Notes under the pieces: generated by a model | The model's database searches: none | The model's input: the letters and a program-made list of their open reading frames with translations, nothing else | What the model was told of the DNA's origin: nothing | Position numbers and translations under genes: made by a program | Part shown: positions 59,375 to 64,000 of the stretch, one piece after another | How the letters are laid out: the number at the start of each line of letters is the position of its first letter | How positions within the stretch are numbered: the stretch's first letter is position 1 | DNA from: an uncultured Rickettsiaceae bacterium | GTDB taxonomy: Bacteria > Pseudomonadota > Alphaproteobacteria > Rickettsiales > Rickettsiaceae | DNA: 64,000 nt | Assembly: GCA_964409505.1 (NCBI GenBank) | Contig: CAYPDK010000024.1 | Location: forward strand, 396 to 64,395 | Direction of reading: 5' to 3'

Positions 59375-62212
59375 ATGAAGAAAGTACAAAAATATCAAAT
59401 TTTTTTTTGTATATTTTTCTTACTTATAAGTAGTGTAATACATGGATCTAGCTCAGCAGGAGCTGAGTCTTTTTATATTTATAGGGAAAGTGTTAATAAT
59501 TCAAAATATAGAGAAAAAAATATAGCAGATTCTATACAACAAAAAATATCAGATCATAGTAATGTTATTTCAGAAAATTTATTAATTTCTGAGAAAGATT
59601 CTACTTTTTATTTTAATAATCCATATGATCTTACTTTAAGAGTGTCAGAAACCGGTTTAGATGGGTATTTAGTAGTTAACAGTTCTTCTAATCAAGTAAA
59701 TCTTAGCAAAACAATAGGGAAGAAATTATCTGACACAGCTACACCTCTAATGATATTACAATCTCCTGGTACAGCACCTCCTGGCAGGGAACCTCCTGGC
59801 AGGGAACCTCCTGGTACAGTACCTCCTGGCAGGGAACCTCCTGGTACAGTACCTCCTGGCGGTAAACCTCCTGGCAGGGAACCTCCTGGTACAGTACCTC
59901 CTGGCGGTAAACCTCCTGGTACAGAACCTCCTGGCATGGAACCCCCTGGTGGCAAACCTCCTGGTACAGTACCTCCTGGCATGGAACCCCCTGGAAGCAA
60001 ACCTCCTGGTACAGAACCTCCTGGCAGCGAACCTCCTGGCAGGGCACCCCCTGGTACAGTCCCTCCTGGTCGCGAACCTCCTGGCGGCGAACCTCCTGGC
60101 AGGGAACCCCCTGGTACAGTACCTCCTGGTAGCGAACCTCCTGGCGGCAAACCTCCTGGCATGGAACCCCCTGGTACAGTACCTCCTGGTAGCGAACCTC
60201 CTGGCGGCAAACCTCCTGGCATGGAACCCCCCGGTAGTGAACCCCCTGGTAGCAAATCCCCTAGTAGTGAACCACCTGGGAAAGAACCACCTGGTTCGTC
60301 TGATCTAAAATTTATTACTTGCACTAAATATGCAGGGGAAAATACTTTAGATCCAAGATATCATGATATCTTGGATCATATTGAGATTGTCTCAGAGGAT
60401 TTATACGGGTGTAATCATAATTCTACTTTTCGTTTTATGCTTTTTTATACCATTCCTCCAGAAAGTGTAGAAAATACTTCTGGTGAATATATCAAAAAAT
60501 TTTCTGGCATAGAGGGGACTTTATCAAATATAGGAGAGTCTTATTTTTTTGATCAAGATAGTTTTCATGATAGGGAAGGTACAAATATCAGTGAAAACAG
60601 TAATTTTGTACAATATAGTGAAAAATATAGTTTTGTTTCTTCTTTGTTTCATGGGTTAGAAATTAGATATTTGTCTGATCAATACGGTAATTATTTGACT
60701 ATTCCTACTGTAGATGGATGGCTTAAAATCGCTTCAAGATCTAAAAGTACTGCGGTATCAAAAGGTATTGGTGGTATTGGTTTTTCTCCTGAATCATGTA
60801 CCGGCTCTCCTATACCGGATTGTTTTGTAAACTCTGTCGGAAAAAGTCAGATTTTATATGGTAATTTGGGAACAATTATAAATTGTATGATAAATAATAT
60901 AAATTATATATTATTTCCCGTAAGGTCGCAGGATATGAATTGTATACCTAATAGTTCTGCATTTCTTAATTCATTTCCTTATTTTCAAAACTACATGAAA
61001 CAATTTGTCTTTGCTGCTTTAACACTTTATATCATGTTTTATGGTTTTCAAATTTTGCTCAATCTTAGTGATCAGAATAGAGAAGGATTATTATCTAATT
61101 CAGAAATCTTCATGGCAATTATGAAAGTGGTCTTTGTGATTTATTTATCTATAGGGTTACCTAATTTTGATATTAATAATAAAGATTCTGAAAGTGCTGA
61201 AAATGATAGAAACGGACTATCAGTATCTTTTAGGGTTAATGGTATAGAAGAATATGTTTTGCCTATTACGTTAGGATTAATTAATCAGGTTAGTGAATTT
61301 GTTTTTTCTTCTCTTTTAGTCTCAAATAATAATTTATGTAATTTTGAAAGAGGAAGATATGTTGATATAAATTACTACCTCTGGGATATAGTGGAATGTA
61401 GGATTTTATCTATTTTAGGAGTGAATTCTATAACAGATAATTTTCAGGAAGGTTTTTTGGAAGCACATAATATTAGTTTAGAGGGTACAAATTTTAGTTT
61501 AGAAAATACATTGGGGGTATTTCATAATCCTAATGCCCCTTCATCTTTAAAAGTAATGGATAATTTAAATATTTTTACAGTGATAGGGTATATGATGTTG
61601 ATACCAAATTTTTACATACATATATCAGCTAGTGTGCTATTTGCTGTAGTTGTAATATTTATTTATATTTTCTTATTTGTTACTTCTTACTTAATGTCAA
61701 TTTTTGTTATTTATTTGTCTTTATACTTAAGCCCAATATTAATTCCTAGCTTACTTTTTGATAAAACTAGACATTTATTCGAAGGTTGGTATAGGATATT
61801 GGTATCATTTGTTGTCTTACCAATTGTTACGGCTGCTTTTGTAGCTATCATTTTATTTTTTTATGATCAAATTCTTTCTCCTGGTTGCTCTTATTCAAGA
61901 CAGGATTATATTTATGAACCCTCATCTGAGGATATACATATCCCCTCTCAAAAATTTAGTACTTTTAAAATAGGATATAATTTTACGGAGAAACAATGTT
62001 CAGATAGTATCTTGTACCAGCTTATAGAGTATTATTACGGTCATAACTGGTCAAAATATAAATTTTTATTTATATTTTCTTTTCCTAAACTAACACATTT
62101 ATCATCTCTTATGACCAATCTTTTTCAATTGCTGTATGTAAATATTTTATTTGCTTTATTATCTACAAGATTTTTAGGATTTTTAAAGGGATTTTTAAAT
62201 ATTGAAATGTAG
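59375..62212 (+). CDS. virB6: VirB6-like type IV secretion protein (RvhB6 paralog) with N-terminal signal peptide and PPG pentapeptide-repeat region
   Basis: 945 aa. Signal-peptide-like MKKVQKYQIFFCIFFLLISSVIHG, the repeat block at residues 131-307, a soluble domain of about 300 aa, then a TrbL/VirB6 polytopic domain (ALTLYIMFYGFQILL, LSPILIPSLLFDKTRHLFEGWYRILVSF with the conserved Trp). Confidence 0.85.
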   Translation: MKKVQKYQIFFCIFFLLISSVIHGSSSAGAESFYIYRESVNNSKYREKNIADSIQQKISDHSNVISENLLISEKDSTFYFNNPYDLTLRVSETGLDGYLVVNSSSNQVNLSKTIGKKLSDTATPLMILQSPGTAPPGREPPGREPPGTVPPGREPPGTVPPGGKPPGREPPGTVPPGGKPPGTEPPGMEPPGGKPPGTVPPGMEPPGSKPPGTEPPGSEPPGRAPPGTVPPGREPPGGEPPGREPPGTVPPGSEPPGGKPPGMEPPGTVPPGSEPPGGKPPGMEPPGSEPPGSKSPSSEPPGKEPPGSSDLKFITCTKYAGENTLDPRYHDILDHIEIVSEDLYGCNHNSTFRFMLFYTIPPESVENTSGEYIKKFSGIEGTLSNIGESYFFDQDSFHDREGTNISENSNFVQYSEKYSFVSSLFHGLEIRYLSDQYGNYLTIPTVDGWLKIASRSKSTAVSKGIGGIGFSPESCTGSPIPDCFVNSVGKSQILYGNLGTIINCMINNINYILFPVRSQDMNCIPNSSAFLNSFPYFQNYMKQFVFAALTLYIMFYGFQILLNLSDQNREGLLSNSEIFMAIMKVVFVIYLSIGLPNFDINNKDSESAENDRNGLSVSFRVNGIEEYVLPITLGLINQVSEFVFSSLLVSNNNLCNFERGRYVDINYYLWDIVECRILSILGVNSITDNFQEGFLEAHNISLEGTNFSLENTLGVFHNPNAPSSLKVMDNLNIFTVIGYMMLIPNFYIHISASVLFAVVVIFIYIFLFVTSYLMSIFVIYLSLYLSPILIPSLLFDKTRHLFEGWYRILVSFVVLPIVTAAFVAIILFFYDQILSPGCSYSRQDYIYEPSSEDIHIPSQKFSTFKIGYNFTEKQCSDSILYQLIEYYYGHNWSKYKFLFIFSFPKLTHLSSLMTNLFQLLYVNILFALLSTRFLGFLKGFLNIEM
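59765..60295 (+). repeat. 15-nt (pentapeptide x-x-P-P-G) tandem repeat, about 35 units, GC-rich, with 60-nt higher-order units
   Basis: Direct reading: ccwcctggn + 6 nt repeated without interruption. 60111-60170 and 60171-60230 are identical; 60051-60110 is a diverged copy. Confidence 0.97.
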
Positions 62213-62223
62213 AGATGGTATAA

Positions 62224-64000
62224 AATGTCATCAAAATTATTTTCTAAAATAGGTACAGATGCTAAAAACGCAGCAAAGGGGGCTGCTAGTGGAGTAAGTA
62301 ACAGTGCTAAACAACATGCTGACAAATTACTAAATCCAGAACACAAATCTCAAGACCATTATCATTTTTTTATACTTATCTTAATTGGGTCTTTGATTGT
62401 TAGTTGTGTTTTATTTTGTGCGGGTTGGGTGATTTCTCTTATTGATGGAGGTTGTAAATTTAGATACGCTGTTGATACAGAAGGTAAGCTAAACAATAAG
62501 GACTACATTTCTACACAAAATATCGTTCTTGCAGGAAATGGAGCAGATAAAATTTTTGCTCCATCAGGAGTAGTACCAGAATCAGGAGAAAATGTTGATA
62601 TTCCAGTACCTTTGAAGTATTTTCAGTGGCTTAATACAGGACAATATATAGATGAAGTTACAGGTGGTTCTGAAAAGTCTTATTCTCCTGCAGAGATTGA
62701 TTTCACTATTGGGGGTGAGATCAGTTTGGCTCGAGTATCCTTACATCAAAATAATATCGAGGGAAATTTCGAGGAAAAGAAGATCAAAATTCCACAAGTA
62801 GGTAGTTCAGAGGTCTTGTCCTTAATTTTTAAAGCCTCACAGAAGACAAAAATATTGCTAAAACTTAATTCAGGTGATTCATTTTTGGTAAAAATACATA
62901 GAGAAAGAAAACCTACAGAAGAGCTCGAATATATACCATATATGCATGTAAGTCCTATTAGTGGAAATATTGAGATGATGTGTAATAAGATTAATAATAA
63001 CTTTGATAGCGTTTGTGGGAGATATTATACTGATATTTTTAGTGAAAATTTGATAAGAGGAGAAAATATTTTTTCTCCTGATAATAAGCCTAATGAAGAT
63101 AATAAAATTGATATTAGGCTTAAATATGAATTTGTAACTCCAGGTTTTTTGTGGGGTGTTTTTACCGACAATGAAAGTGGTACTGTTATACCTGGAGTAT
63201 CAGCTGATAAAGTAATACCTGTTAGTTTTTTAAAAGACGACCCTACTGAAGAGGAGCCAGGTCTTCTTATAAATAATATGAATGAAGGACATAATGGTGA
63301 TTTAAAGATTTACTTTGATACAGAGGGTTCAGGGGATTTGGGAGGAGGCTATATATTTGATATTCAGCAAACAGCCTTTAAAGTTAATCCTAAATCAGGA
63401 TTAGAGATGTGGGGAAATGGTATGATAGAATATGTCATATCTGATGATGATCCTAATGAATTGCCAGAAGAGGAGCTAAAACCTACGTTAATGCAAGTTG
63501 AAGACGGAGAAGAAGGACAATTTGCTTATAAATTAGTGCCAGATAATAAAGGTTTTGTTTGGATTAGGGTGAAAGTGGGAGAACCTTTTAAAAGTAGTCC
63601 AGAAGAAATTGTAGGAGAATATAATATATCTTGGACTGGCTTAGTTAAAGGAAAGGATTTTTTAGAAAATTTTGTAGGGCCCATTATAGATTTTATTCCT
63701 AATACAGTAAATGTTAAAATTGTTGATTTTTTTAAAAAAATGACTTGCTATGTAGAGCCTAACGATGATCCAACAAGTGTTGATAGAGAGAGATGTACAA
63801 ATTTTTTCCTAATTATAAGAGCTGTTCTTGCATTATACATAATCATTTATGGTTTTATGTTTTTGACAGGTGTTGTGACAATTAGTAATTTAGATTTGGT
63901 TGTGAGAATCATCAAAATTACTCTTGTAGCAGGTATAATTAACGGGGGAACATTTGTTTTTTTTAATGATTATATTTTTCCTCTAGTTCAAAACTTTACC
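62224..64000 (+). CDS. virB6: Second VirB6-like protein (RvhB6 paralog), 3' end outside the window
   Basis: Not in the ORF track because no stop is reached. I translated from ATG 62224 (MSSKLFSKIGTDAKNAAKG...) to base 64000 and met no stop (592 codons). One TM (FFILILIGSLIVSCVLFCAGWVISL), a large soluble domain, then the onset of the VirB6 membrane domain FFLIIRAVLALYIIIYGFMFLTGV...IIKITLVAGIINGG. This parallels ALTLYIMFYGFQILL...IMKVVFVIYLSIG of the upstream paralog. Confidence 0.8.

Noticed and set aside
59765-60295. Collagen-like or CRISPR-like interpretation of the repeat
   Set aside because: The period is 5 residues (x-x-P-P-G), not the Gly-X-Y triplet. There are no unique spacers between repeats, so it is not a CRISPR array.
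59692-60324. Track ORFs 59692..60324 (-), 59739..60047 (-) and 59949..60308 (+) overlapping the PPG repeat
   Set aside because: They exist only because the GC-rich 15-nt repeat lacks stop codons in several frames. They have no independent start context and translate into repeat shadows (GGSLPGG..., QEVLYQEV..., NLLV...). The frame continuous with the signal peptide and the VirB6 domain is the real one.
62125-62346. 73-aa minus-strand ORF across the virB6 paralog junction
   Set aside because: It overlaps the end of one and the start of the other VirB6-like gene, which are far better supported.
1-64000. Mobile elements, prophage, defence islands, toxin-antitoxin pairs, rRNA operons
   Set aside because: I found no transposase, integrase, recombinase, phage structural or restriction-like motifs in any ORF of the track. 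There are no long inverted or direct repeats bounding a segment, and no rRNA-like sequence.

Overview
Visibly very AT-rich bacterial chromosome segment with long spacers. It holds 43 credible protein genes, one gene fragment and 2 tRNAs. I saw no rRNA, CRISPR array, transposase or integrase. All calls rest on motif recognition and synteny read by eye; nothing was computed or searched. Gene content points to an obligate intracellular alphaproteobacterium of the order Rickettsiales (inference). The evidence is a Rickettsiales-vir-homolog (rvh) type IV secretion operon virB8-virB9-virB10-virB11-virD4 at 5.7-11.2 kb, the start of a tandem array of giant virB6 paralogs at 59.4-64 kb, a eukaryote-like type 2 IleRS, sucAB and sucCD, and few transporters. 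The rest is housekeeping: rpsU, COQ9-like, ileS, truA, lspA, tatD, metG, aatA, dnaE, grx, hup, clpPX, rho, cmk, rpsA, murA, ruvAB, aas-like, POT and APC permeases, mnmA, ABC ATPase, ygfZ. Observations worth a second look: (1) the first VirB6-like protein carries a GC-rich block of 35 x-x-P-P-G pentapeptide repeats with a perfect 60-nt duplication, so it is probably length-variable. (2) The T4SS core operon encodes a VirB9 with only the N-terminal domain, and a VirB10 whose linker is an (EQREK)n charged repeat. (3) An intact, isolated flhA (FHIPEP export gate) sits between rho and sucCD with no other flagellar gene in 64 kb. (4) Four large lineage-specific proteins have no recognisable domains and are candidate secreted effectors; three end in similar acidic hydrophobic-Gly-Asp/Asn tails. 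(5) A 1.17-kb ORF-free spacer follows clpX and ends in a phased array of TTGTGATAA motifs plus a perfect palindrome upstream of one of those proteins. (6) Short 11-19 bp tandem duplications recur in spacers. I found no obvious multi-gene novel system such as a defence island, toxin-antitoxin pair or mobile element. The T4SS variants plus the orphan secreted-protein candidates are the best lead.
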